Shown piece by piece: positions 47,080 through 55,690 of a DNA stretch of 62,008 bases (its first letter is position 1; the number at the start of each line of letters is the position of its first letter). Origin of the DNA: Candidatus Woesearchaeota archaeon (GTDB lineage Archaea; Nanobdellota; Nanobdellia; Pacearchaeales; GW2011-AR1); NCBI GenBank assembly GCA_964589955.1, contig CAZPVF010000001.1, forward strand, positions 1-62,008, in the 5' to 3' direction. Position numbers and translations under genes: made by a program. A model generated the notes under the pieces. It saw only the letters and a program-made list of their open reading frames with translations. It did no database searches and had not been told where the DNA came from.

Positions 47080-47907
47080 CTACATATTATCAATAGGGGA
47101 TTTTATTTTTTTTAATTCTTCTGTTGAAACATGTGTGTAAATTTGGGTGGTAGATAAGTCTGCATGCCCAAGAAGTGTCTGTATATATCTTATATCGGTT
47201 CCATTTTCTAGCAAATGTGTTGCAAAACTATGTCTTAGTGTATGTGGGCTTACTTTTTTGTTAATATTTGCTTTTTTTGTAGCAATTCTTACTATTTTTT
47301 GAATATTCCTATCAGAAAGTTTTCCTTTTGGGCCAGTGAAAAGAAACTCTTGTTTTAACTCCTTTTGTTGTTGTGTTTGTCTTTTTAATTTTGATTCTAA
47401 AAACTTAGGAATATTAAATACTCTATCTTTTCTTCCTTTTGCCTGCCTAACATATCCAATCATTTGATCAAAATCAAGATCAGATATTTTTAGATTGACT
47501 AACTCTGAAACTCTAAAACCACAAGCATAAATTAAAGAAACCATTAATTTGCTTTTTTTTGTAGGAAGTGCTTCAAAAAGTTTTTTTATTTCTTTTTTTG
47601 TCAAAACATCTGGAAGTTTTTTTTCTCTTTTTGGTCTTTTTATGCCCTGTGTTACATCTTTTTTTAAAATATTTGAATAACTATACTTTATTGCTGCTAA
47701 AAATAAAATTATACTCATAGAAGCCTTGTGGGCAATTTTTTCAGCCATGAAAACCTTAACATCATCTTCTGTTATATTTTCTGGAATCTTTTTAGAAAAA
47801 TCTAGGAGCTCTTTATTTGCTTTAAGATAATTTTTGATAGTGTAATTAGAATTTTTTGAAATTTTTAATTCTGTTTTAAGTTTATTTAAAAATTCTTGGG
47901 GAGTCAT
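47080..47907 (-). CDS. tyrosine recombinase/integrase (XerA/XerCD family)
   Basis: ACGFRVSEL, HTLRHSFATHLL, LLGHADLSTTQIYTHV give the R..HxxR..H..Y catalytic set. Confidence 0.88.
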   Translation of the reverse strand: MTPQEFLNKLKTELKISKNSNYTIKNYLKANKELLDFSKKIPENITEDDVKVFMAEKIAHKASMSIILFLAAIKYSYSNILKKDVTQGIKRPKREKKLPDVLTKKEIKKLFEALPTKKSKLMVSLIYACGFRVSELVNLKISDLDFDQMIGYVRQAKGRKDRVFNIPKFLESKLKRQTQQQKELKQEFLFTGPKGKLSDRNIQKIVRIATKKANINKKVSPHTLRHSFATHLLENGTDIRYIQTLLGHADLSTTQIYTHVSTEELKKIKSPIDNM

Positions 47908-48404
47908 TTTAGATTTTTAATTAAGTAGTTGCACTTTTCACTAATTCTTTTTAATTTTTTATTATGTAATTCTTGCCAAGAATCAAGAACAATCCCTTTT
48001 TTCCAATCTTTGTAACCTAACTTTTCATAAAGATTGTTTAGAAACTTGTTATCTTTTTCAACAGACAAACCAACTCTTTTGTATCCTTTTTTCTTTACTA
48101 ATTTCTCAGCGTATTTCATTATTTTTTTTGCTATACCTTTCCTTCTAAACTTAGAATTAACATAAAGCGTGCTTAAATGAGGGCATCTTTTAATTTGCTT
48201 TCTAATCTTCTTAACTTCTGAATTTTTGAAAGTTATCTGAATATGTCCTACTGGCAATTTATCTTGCCAAGCAATTAACCACACACTATTGCCTTTAATT
48301 TGTTCTGCTAAATTTTTGCCGTGAAGCCAGGGAACAGCAGAATCAAACATCTCTTTATACAAAATTTCAAGATTTTGTTTTTTAATTGGTCTTATTTTCA
48401 CCAT
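47904..48404 (-). CDS. GNAT family N-acetyltransferase
   Basis: FRRKGIAKKIMKYAEKLVKKKGYKRVGLSV acetyl-CoA binding motif A. Confidence 0.8.
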   Translation of the reverse strand: MVKIRPIKKQNLEILYKEMFDSAVPWLHGKNLAEQIKGNSVWLIAWQDKLPVGHIQITFKNSEVKKIRKQIKRCPHLSTLYVNSKFRRKGIAKKIMKYAEKLVKKKGYKRVGLSVEKDNKFLNNLYEKLGYKDWKKGIVLDSWQELHNKKLKRISEKCNYLIKNLK

Positions 48405-49333
48405 TCTACACCTAATTTTTTTAATTCATTTAAGAATTTTTTATGGTCTTTGTAAACAATCCCACATTCATGCACTTTTCTTGCTACTTTTATATTTCTT
48501 AAAAAATCATCAACAAAAACAGACTCTTCAGGTTTAGAATTTATTGTTTTTAATACTAAATTATAGATTTTCTTGTTGGGTTTTCTTAAATTAACATCGC
48601 AGGACCAAATTATGTTATGTTTGGGAAAAGGTTTGGTTATCCCTTTAGAAATTAGCCATTTTTTGTGTCCCTGACTCATATTTGACAAAATTGCTAGCTT
48701 ATACTTTTTCCTTAGTTTTTTTATTAACTTTAGCATTGGTTTATTTGGTGTAAAAATTAAGTTCCATAGTTTAGACATTTTTTTAGAATCTACTGAACTA
48801 ATATTTAATTCTTTAGAAAATTGTTTCCAATATTCCTTTTCTAGTGGAGCTAATTCTGCCATTCTCCAAAATTTTGTATTTTTTGCTGATCCTTCTAATA
48901 CTTTTTTAATTTTTTTAGCAGAAATACCAGTTTCTTTTTCCATGGCTCTTGCTGCATTCATATGATCATAAAAATACTGTACACCTCCAACATCAAAGAT
49001 AATTGTGGTTATTTTAGAATTTTGCCTAGTTCTACAATTTTTGCATCTTTTTTTTAGTTCTTTTTCGTTTTCTTTTATATTTATTTTCCCTGCTCTAAAT
49101 GACTTAAATTTAGGAAGAGGAGAATTATGAGAATATCCTCTTCTTTTCATTTCTTTAACAAGCTCTTTATGTCTTTTTCTAATATTATGAACTTCTACTT
49201 GTCCTTTATCTAAATGGCCATTAATGCTCTTATTTTTGTTTAAACTTCCTACAAGTTGATGTAACTCTTTGTGTTCACCTAATAAATGACTTCTGCACAT
49301 CTTTTTTGGATCTACCATCCACATTCTTGTCAT
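48398..49333 (-). CDS. fusion protein: T4 endonuclease V-like (pyrimidine-dimer glycosylase/DUF1722-like) N-domain plus HAD-superfamily hydrolase C-domain
   Basis: N-terminus: MWMVDPKKMCRSHLLGEHKELHQLVG. C-terminus: IIFDVGGV...LAILSNMS...VFVDDFLRNI HAD motifs I-III. Confidence 0.5.
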   Translation of the reverse strand: MTRMWMVDPKKMCRSHLLGEHKELHQLVGSLNKNKSINGHLDKGQVEVHNIRKRHKELVKEMKRRGYSHNSPLPKFKSFRAGKINIKENEKELKKRCKNCRTRQNSKITTIIFDVGGVQYFYDHMNAARAMEKETGISAKKIKKVLEGSAKNTKFWRMAELAPLEKEYWKQFSKELNISSVDSKKMSKLWNLIFTPNKPMLKLIKKLRKKYKLAILSNMSQGHKKWLISKGITKPFPKHNIIWSCDVNLRKPNKKIYNLVLKTINSKPEESVFVDDFLRNIKVARKVHECGIVYKDHKKFLNELKKLGVEW

Positions 49334-49366
49334 TTTAGAATTTTGTCCTCTCTTTTTCGTAATAGA

Positions 49367-49434
49367 TTGTACGAACTTCTTTATAAAATTGAGCTAAAAT
49401 TATAGGGTAGTGACAATATATCTTGTACGAACTT
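49367..49434. promoter_or_regulatory. two direct copies of TTGTACGAACTT, 56 bp apart, bracketing a TATA-like box upstream of the 48398-49333 gene
   Basis: Copies at about 49367-49378 and 49423-49434; on the gene strand AAGTTCGTACAA flanks TTTTATAAAG. Confidence 0.45.
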
Positions 49435-49867
49435 TTTACACATAAAAGTATTTTCTGTTAACTTTCCTTACCTAAATTCACACGCAATAAAGCAAAATTA
49501 GCTAAAAAGCATTGATTTTTAAGGAAGAAACATGGATTGCACTGAAGAATTAATTACGTGAAGATAATAATGTTTGGTAAGAGACACAGTTGTAGAAGAA
49601 TACATTACTACTTGAACTCCTAAAAAAATTGTGATAATGTTAAATTAAAATACTTCATTCCTCTGTGAGCATATTGTAAGATTTTAGGCATGTGTCTAAG
49701 GTGCTTACCTAATATCAAAAGATCAGAAACATTAAATTCAACAAAACAATTATCATCTATATTTTTTTGTCCTTTGTTAATAACCTAACTAAACTTAATA
49801 AAAATATCTGTGATATTTTGCAATTTTTGCACCAATTTTTGACCTTAATCTTTTTAGGCCTGTCGGA

Positions 49868-49881
49868 TTTGTGCACTAAGG
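49868..49881. repeat. left copy of a 14-nt direct repeat, TTTGTGCACTAAGG
   Basis: 13/14 identical to 50612-50625; contains the GTGCAC palindrome. Confidence 0.6.
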
Positions 49882-49950
49882 GGAGCTTTGTGAATATTAT
49901 CAAAAACGTATGTAAATCTCTTTAAAGATAAGGTAGATAAAATTGTTACA

Positions 49951-50610
49951 ATGAATGAGATAAGAAATATATTGAAGTTCTCGCTAAAAGCTTTTGCAAC
50001 AACACCTGGAGAAGTAGAATTTCCACTAAAAATACAAAAACAGGGCCTAGGAATAGATAGTAATGTGCTAAAAAACCTTAGAGGAAAAAAAGTATTTAAT
50101 CCTGCTTGTGGGAGCGAGGGTATTTTAGTTGAATATTTAAGAGAAAAAGGAGTATTAGCAGATGGAATGGATCCGAGACTAAAAAATCCTAATGGGTATT
50201 TGGAAAAAAGGCTTATTTCAGTTAATTATTCTGGAAAAGGTTCAATACCAAAACAGGATAACTATTATGATTATATTTACTCATATGCATTTGGACAATT
50301 ATTTTACCCTTTTTCTGGACTAACTTTTGCTAAAGAGCATTGGGGAACACAACTTGATTCATCATTAATCCTAATGGATTTATTGAGAGTTTTAAGACCA
50401 AGTGGAAAGATCATATCCTATCCAGGGATGGTTGAATTATCAGAAGAGTTTATGGGTATTGGAGCACCCCAAATTTCAATTGAAAACGAAGTTGCTTATC
50501 ATAACATAGATAAAATTATTGGAGAAAAGAAAAACAATTATGCTGGAATCCCAGAACTTGAACAGTGCAAAGAAACAATAAAACACAGGACAATTATAGC
50601 CAAACTTTAA
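49951..50610 (+). CDS. class I methyltransferase-fold protein (divergent)
   Basis: VFNPACGSEGIL (motif I-like), ADGMDP, YDYIYSYAF, LLRVLRPSGKII. Confidence 0.45.
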   Translation: MNEIRNILKFSLKAFATTPGEVEFPLKIQKQGLGIDSNVLKNLRGKKVFNPACGSEGILVEYLREKGVLADGMDPRLKNPNGYLEKRLISVNYSGKGSIPKQDNYYDYIYSYAFGQLFYPFSGLTFAKEHWGTQLDSSLILMDLLRVLRPSGKIISYPGMVELSEEFMGIGAPQISIENEVAYHNIDKIIGEKKNNYAGIPELEQCKETIKHRTIIAKL

Positions 50611-50611
50611 T

Positions 50612-50625
50612 TTTGTGCACAAAGG
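50612..50625. repeat. right copy of the 14-nt direct repeat, TTTGTGCACAAAGG (also a perfect 12-bp palindrome TTTGTGCACAAA)
   Basis: Begins 2 nt after the stop codon of the 49951-50610 gene. Confidence 0.6.
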
Positions 50626-50668
50626 TAACCTAAGTATCTGTCGAAGATGTGTCTTACTGTTTGTTTTA

Positions 50669-50809
50669 GGGTGTTTATGCGTTTAAACACCTATTTTATC
50701 GTCGATAAATAAAAAAACATTAATTTTTTTAAACAGCTGTTTAAACGCGTTTATTGCTGTCTATGTGTTTAATAAACAGCTGTTTATTGTAAAATTGCTG
50801 TTTAAACAG
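50669..50809. promoter_or_regulatory. cluster of AAACAGCTGTTT-type palindromes (operator-like) upstream of the 50935 gene
   Basis: GGTGTTTATGCGTTTAAACACC (50669-50691), TTATCGTCGATAA (50696-50708), TTTAAACAGCTGTTTAAA (50728-50745), AATAAACAGCTGTTTATT (50771-50788), CTGTTTAAACAG (50798-50809). Confidence 0.6.
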
Positions 50810-50814
50810 TTCTT

Positions 50815-50844
50815 TTTTCCACTGGAAACGCTGGGGCTCCGACA
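50815..50844 (+). promoter_or_regulatory. ORB-like (origin recognition box) 30-mer, copy A
   Basis: TTTTCCACTGGAAACGCTGGGGCTCCGACA: TTCCA-N3-GGAAA dyad plus GGGG string, as in archaeal Orc1/Cdc6 binding sites. Confidence 0.6.
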
Positions 50845-50934
50845 CATATTTTAAAAAGAATTTTATCGACGGAAAGTACTAAGCAATAGTAATAAAAACG
50901 AAATATTTATATAGTAAACAGCCCTCATTTCTAT

Positions 50935-51555
50935 ATGTTTTTATGGTTTAGAAAAAATAAAGAGGTTGCACGTGTTGAAGAGGATACAAAGAAAGGATTT
51001 GAAGCTGTAAAAAAAGATATTACTTCTATGACTGGTTGGATTAAACACCTAGATTCTGAAAAAAACATGCAAAAAAAAGACATTGATGATATAAAAACTG
51101 TTTTATCGTCGATGCATTCTGAAATTGAAAGTCTGAAAAATATTCTTGCAATGATGAATGAAATGAAAGTTAAGCCGTCATTCCAAACACCTAAACAGGT
51201 GTTTGATAAACAGGCAGGTGTTTATGCTGTTCAAACAGGTGTTGAAACAGGTGTTCAAACACCCAATTTAGACCAATTTTCAGTAACTGAGAAAGCAATT
51301 TTGTGGATACTTTTAAATAGTGACATGAAGCTGAGTTACGATGATCTAGCTGCAATTTTAGGAAAAACACGTTCAACAATTAGAGGCCAGATAAATAGAA
51401 TCAAACAAAAAAAAGAGAATATAATAAGTGAGATAACAGAACAAAATGGTAAAAAAAGAGTCTATATTGAAGACCATATAAAAGAAGAATTAATGAAAAA
51501 CTCAAAAGTAAGAGTAGAACATAAGAGAAAATCTAAGAAAAAAAGCAAAAAATAA
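50935..51555 (+). CDS. coiled-coil plus C-terminal winged-helix DNA-binding protein (paralog 1)
   Basis: 206 aa; N-terminus FEAVKKDITSM...EIESLKNIL; repeat linker; C-terminus VTEKAILWILL...SYDDLAAILGKTRSTIRGQINRIKQK; Lys-rich tail. Confidence 0.6.
   Translation: MFLWFRKNKEVARVEEDTKKGFEAVKKDITSMTGWIKHLDSEKNMQKKDIDDIKTVLSSMHSEIESLKNILAMMNEMKVKPSFQTPKQVFDKQAGVYAVQTGVETGVQTPNLDQFSVTEKAILWILLNSDMKLSYDDLAAILGKTRSTIRGQINRIKQKKENIISEITEQNGKKRVYIEDHIKEELMKNSKVRVEHKRKSKKKSKK
51185..51268. repeat. five AAACAGGTGTT-type repeats inside the linker-coding part of the 50935-51555 CDS
   Basis: AAACACCTAAACAGGTGTTT (8-bp-arm palindrome), then AAACAGGCAGGTGTTT, CAAACAGGTGTTG, AAACAGGTGTTC, AAACACC; encodes QTPKQVFDKQAGVYAVQTGVETGVQTP. 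Confidence 0.7.
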
Positions 51556-51577
51556 GGTAAAATATGTAAAAAATACT

Positions 51578-51896
51578 AAAAAGTGAGAAAAAGCACTAAA
51601 ATAAAGGGTTTTTAATTTATTAAAAATCAAAAAGTGAGAGTTAAAAAAGGTTTATTTTAGACTAAATTAAGTTTAAAATATCAAAAATAGAGAGTTATTA
51701 GGGCCTAAAAGTATAAAATTTAAAGAAATGAGGGTTAAATGGGTAAAATTTGTTGTGTAAAAGTAAAAAATGAGAGAATTACGTTTAAAAAAATATTCTA
51801 AATCCAAGAAAATGAGAGTTGAATTAAAGAGTAATGTATAAGGGATTTTAGGAAAAACTTATTAATTTTATGCTGATTTAAAAGCGAGAAAGGGCT
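51578..51896 (+). repeat. array of seven imperfect about 20-bp direct repeats (consensus AAAAnTGAGAGTTAwwwrGG), iteron-like
   Basis: Core GTGAGA/TGAGAG/TAGAGA/GCGAGA starts near 51583, 51634, 51688, 51729, 51771, 51813, 51884; all same orientation; spacings 51, 54, 41, 42, 42, 71 bp; lies in the convergent intergenic region. Confidence 0.7.
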
Positions 51897-51975
51897 GAAT
51901 TTAGCCATTTCAACAAATAGAAGTCTATTTAGATAGTTATTCGGTGAACGTAAAAACTAATTAATGCTAAATAAT

Positions 51976-52716
<741 letters not shown>

Positions 52717-52771
52717 AAACTTATTCTACCCCATTACAATATAAATAATTTAAGATAATACAAAACAATAA

Positions 52772-53050
52772 TTAATACGACATATTCTGTTTATTTTTAT
52801 AATACCTATAAGCATCATCACTTAATTTCCAACGCGATCTTTTAATATACTCTTTTCCTTTTGAATTTTTTTTAATCTCTGTTACAAGCTCTTTTCTTTT
52901 TAACTCAAAAAGTAATTTTTTTATAAATTCCTCATCTCTAGCCACTTCTCTAGCAATATTTGAAGTAAATACAGGTTTTGGTGAAATAGAGTATAAAAAA
53001 GCTAGTATTTGCTCTTGTATCTTCTCTATTTTTTGTTTTGAAATGTGCAT
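52772..53050 (-). CDS. small winged-helix transcription regulator-like protein
   Basis: 92 aa; EQILAFLYSISPKPVFTSNIAREVARDEEFIKKLLFELKRKELV. Confidence 0.5.
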   Translation of the reverse strand: MHISKQKIEKIQEQILAFLYSISPKPVFTSNIAREVARDEEFIKKLLFELKRKELVTEIKKNSKGKEYIKRSRWKLSDDAYRYYKNKQNMSY

Positions 53051-53113
53051 AAAGAGATTAAAGCTTACTAGTTATATAAAATTTTGTAAGAATTGTTAGT
53101 AGTTACTTGTTTT

Positions 53114-53521
53114 TTACTCTTTTTTTCTCACAGAAGGAAATTGTATATGGAAAGGCAGTGCTAAATCGTCTTCTAATTCAAGTGCTTTGAGACTTGTTTT
53201 CTTCATAATAATATTAAATAAAACTAATTTAAAGTCTCCTGGCATCTCTTTATTTTTCCACTTATCAATTATTTCTGAAAACATCTTTTCATCAACTGAT
53301 AAAAGAAGATTTCCTTCAAGAGATAATTTAGCTATATCTTTCTTATAATTAATATCGTAAGAAAATTGTATCATAACAACTTTATCTTTAAATTGTAAAA
53401 CATCTTGTTTTGCTTCAAGTATATCTTTAATATCTATTTTTGTCTCAATTTTTAAACCCTCAAAGCTAGAGGATTTCTTTTCTGCATCAATTTTAGTTAA
53501 ATTAAACCCTAGTAGTTTCAT
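53114..53521 (-). CDS. hypothetical protein (135 aa)
   Basis: Clean ORF, mixed beta/alpha character; no family recognised; only a vague SecB-like topology impression. Confidence 0.4.
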   Translation of the reverse strand: MKLLGFNLTKIDAEKKSSSFEGLKIETKIDIKDILEAKQDVLQFKDKVVMIQFSYDINYKKDIAKLSLEGNLLLSVDEKMFSEIIDKWKNKEMPGDFKLVLFNIIMKKTSLKALELEDDLALPFHIQFPSVRKKE

Positions 53522-53570
53522 TTTAATTAAACCAAAAATGTCTTTAAAAATATTTAGGTATTAAGGTTAT

Positions 53571-53831
53571 TTAAATTAAGTCTTCTTCAGAAACAATTAC
53601 AAAATCTCCAATAGCGATAATTGCGCTGTATGGGATAAGAAAGTCGTTTGAGGAAGTCTTTTCTAGATTAAGATTTTTTGTGTAGATTGTTGATTCTTTC
53701 ACAACAATATTTATTAGCTCTCCTGATCTTGTCTCAAAAGTTATATCTTTAACAAACCCTAATCTTTTACCCTCCTTTGTTACAATCATCTTACCTAAGA
53801 GAACATTAAATGGATTTTTGTTATCTTGCAT
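53571..53831 (-). CDS. PRC-barrel domain protein
   Basis: 86 aa; LLGKMIVTKEGKRLGFVKDITFETRSGELINIVV...IPYSAIIAIGDFVIV. Confidence 0.7.
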   Translation of the reverse strand: MQDNKNPFNVLLGKMIVTKEGKRLGFVKDITFETRSGELINIVVKESTIYTKNLNLEKTSSNDFLIPYSAIIAIGDFVIVSEEDLI

Positions 53832-53983
53832 GTGTTTTTTAGATTAAGGAATTTTATAAACTTTTCTGTAAATTTAAATAGAGTTGGGAGTATATAGAAG
53901 CATTAAAAATATGTTTATTTTTAAGAGAAGTGCCTTTCAGAAAGATTAAATTATTTGAAATATCTTTTTATATTAACAACACA

Positions 53984-54009
53984 CTCACCCCTTTATTTCT
54001 TTTGGAAAT
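53984..54009 (-). promoter_or_regulatory. ORB-like element C (degenerate dyad, intact G-string)
   Basis: Reverse complement ATTTCCAAAAGAAATAAAGGGGTGAG. Confidence 0.5.
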
Positions 54010-54343
54010 GTTTATAAATAAAAATTTTAATTTTTAATCTTTTTATTTTATTTATATGAATTTCTATAGTATAGTATATATATGTATTATATTATAATTT
54101 ATAGTATTATATTATAACTATCATAAAATAAACCATTTATTATATATTTTAAAGTACATATAACATATAATTTGGGTTTCGTAATTGTTTTAGAGTATGT
54201 ATTATTTGAAATTAAATATTTTTGCCAAAATTTGTTTTTAAAATATTCCATAAGAAATGTTGGTGTTTTTCTTTTTAAGTAGTTATAATCTTTTAAAAAT
54301 GAAATAAATTTTTTCTCGTCTATACAGATTATTATATTAAGTG

Positions 54344-54368
54344 TTTCCATAGGAAATCAAAGTGTCTG
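54344..54368 (+). promoter_or_regulatory. ORB-like element D (perfect dyad TTTCC-ATA-GGAAA, weak G-string)
   Basis: TTTCCATAGGAAATCAAAGTGTCTG. Confidence 0.5.
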
Positions 54369-54462
54369 TGTTAGATGTTTTGGAATGATAATATTTCAGA
54401 ACATAAACTCTTAAATAACAATACGTTCTTTTAAGAGTCTTTAGAGGTAGCATTAAGAGAGG

Positions 54463-55674
54463 ATGGCAACAGAGTTAGATCAAATATTTGAATCTTTTAG
54501 TAAGAATAGTGTGTTTAGAGATAAGAGCCTTCTACAGATAAATTATAAACCTAGCGAAATTGTTCATAGAGATGATCAAATAAAGCAGATAGCTTCAATT
54601 CTTGCACCTGTATTAAGAGGAGAAAAAACAAGTAATTTGTTTTTGTATGGGAAAACAGGTACAGGTAAGACTTTATCAGTACAATACGTTAAGGATGAGT
54701 TATTAAAAAGAGCTAGTAAGAAGATAGATCATAAGTTAAGAATAGAGTATTTAAACTGCAAATTAAAAAAAGTGTCTGATACTGAGTATAGAATTTTAGC
54801 TGAATTAATTAAAAAATTAGGAGGGGATGTTCCTGCTACTGGTCTACCTACTGAGGCTGTCTATAACAAATTTATTGATATAATTGATTCAGAAAAGCAG
54901 CTGTTGGTTTTGGTTTTGGATGAAATTGATCAGACTGTAAAGAAAATATCTAGTGATTTTTTGTATAATTTAACTAGGCTTAATTCAGAACTTTCTAAAA
55001 CACAAATTTGTATTGTTGGAATAAGCAATAATTTAACTTTTTTAGAAGAACTTGATCCTAGGGTAAGAAGTTCACTATCTGAAGAGGAGATAGTATTTCC
55101 ACCTTATAATGCATTACAACTGCAAGAAATACTTAGCATAAGAAGTGACGGAGCTTTCAAAAAAGGAGCTGTTGAGCAGGGAGCAATAGCAAAATGTGCA
55201 GCATTTGCAGCAAGAGAGCACGGAGATGCTAGAAGGGCACTCGATTTATTAAGAATTGCTGGAGAATTGGCTGAAAGAGGAAATTCAAAGAAGATTTTAT
55301 TAAAGCACATAGATGAAGCAAATGAAAAGCTCGAAAAAGATAAGATTCTGGATGTAATAAGATCTGAGCCTAAACAATTTCAACTTGTTTTGTACTCTAT
55401 TATGGTATTAAGTGATAAAAATAAAGATACGCCTTTTTTTACTGGAGATGTTTATAATTTTTATCAGGATCTTTGCGAAAAAAATAAATTAGAGGTTTTA
55501 ACACAGAGAAGAGTTAGTGATATTATTCAGGAGTTTGATATGTTGGGAATAATTAATGTTAGGGTTATTTCAAAAGGAAGAGGGGGCAGAATGAGAGAGA
55601 TTAGACTGGTTATATCAAAAAATATTTTGAAAAAGGCTAGAGAAATAGTTGAAGAATCTATAGATTATAAATAG
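54463..55674 (+). CDS. cdc6: Orc1/Cdc6 replication initiator
   Basis: LYGKTGTGKT Walker A, LVLVLDEID Walker B, sensor regions, C-terminal winged helix. Confidence 0.93.
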   Translation: MATELDQIFESFSKNSVFRDKSLLQINYKPSEIVHRDDQIKQIASILAPVLRGEKTSNLFLYGKTGTGKTLSVQYVKDELLKRASKKIDHKLRIEYLNCKLKKVSDTEYRILAELIKKLGGDVPATGLPTEAVYNKFIDIIDSEKQLLVLVLDEIDQTVKKISSDFLYNLTRLNSELSKTQICIVGISNNLTFLEELDPRVRSSLSEEEIVFPPYNALQLQEILSIRSDGAFKKGAVEQGAIAKCAAFAAREHGDARRALDLLRIAGELAERGNSKKILLKHIDEANEKLEKDKILDVIRSEPKQFQLVLYSIMVLSDKNKDTPFFTGDVYNFYQDLCEKNKLEVLTQRRVSDIIQEFDMLGIINVRVISKGRGGRMREIRLVISKNILKKAREIVEESIDYK

Positions 55675-55690
55675 TTTTTATATAATTAAA

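Larger units (their letters stand above)
53984..54368. other. predicted chromosomal replication origin (oriC): inverted ORB-like boxes flanking an extremely AT-rich duplex-unwinding region, directly upstream of orc1/cdc6
   Basis: ORB-like boxes at 53984-54009 (minus) and 54344-54368 (plus); about 330 bp almost pure A/T between them, including a GTATTATATTATAA direct repeat (54084-54097, 54104-54117); orc1/cdc6 starts at 54463. Confidence 0.65.

Noticed and set aside
51578-51896. CRISPR array, or a tandem set of mini-ORFs (MRVKKGLF, MRVKWVKFVV, MRKSTKIKGF ...)
   Set aside because: The repeats are too short (about 20 bp), too degenerate and too irregularly spaced for CRISPR, and no cas genes are present. 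On the mini-ORF reading, two copies have TAG or GCG where the start codon would be, and the peptides share only M-R-V, so conservation is at the DNA level.
54099-54350. 83-aa minus-strand ORF
   Set aside because: It lies entirely in the nearly pure A/T putative unwinding region between the ORB-like boxes, with Ile/Asn/Tyr/Lys-dominated composition and no motif. It is most likely a chance ORF.
55104-55310. 68-aa antisense ORF in orc1/cdc6, and antisense ORFs in polD (58098-58325, 58682-59008)
   Set aside because: They are shadow ORFs inside strongly supported genes.
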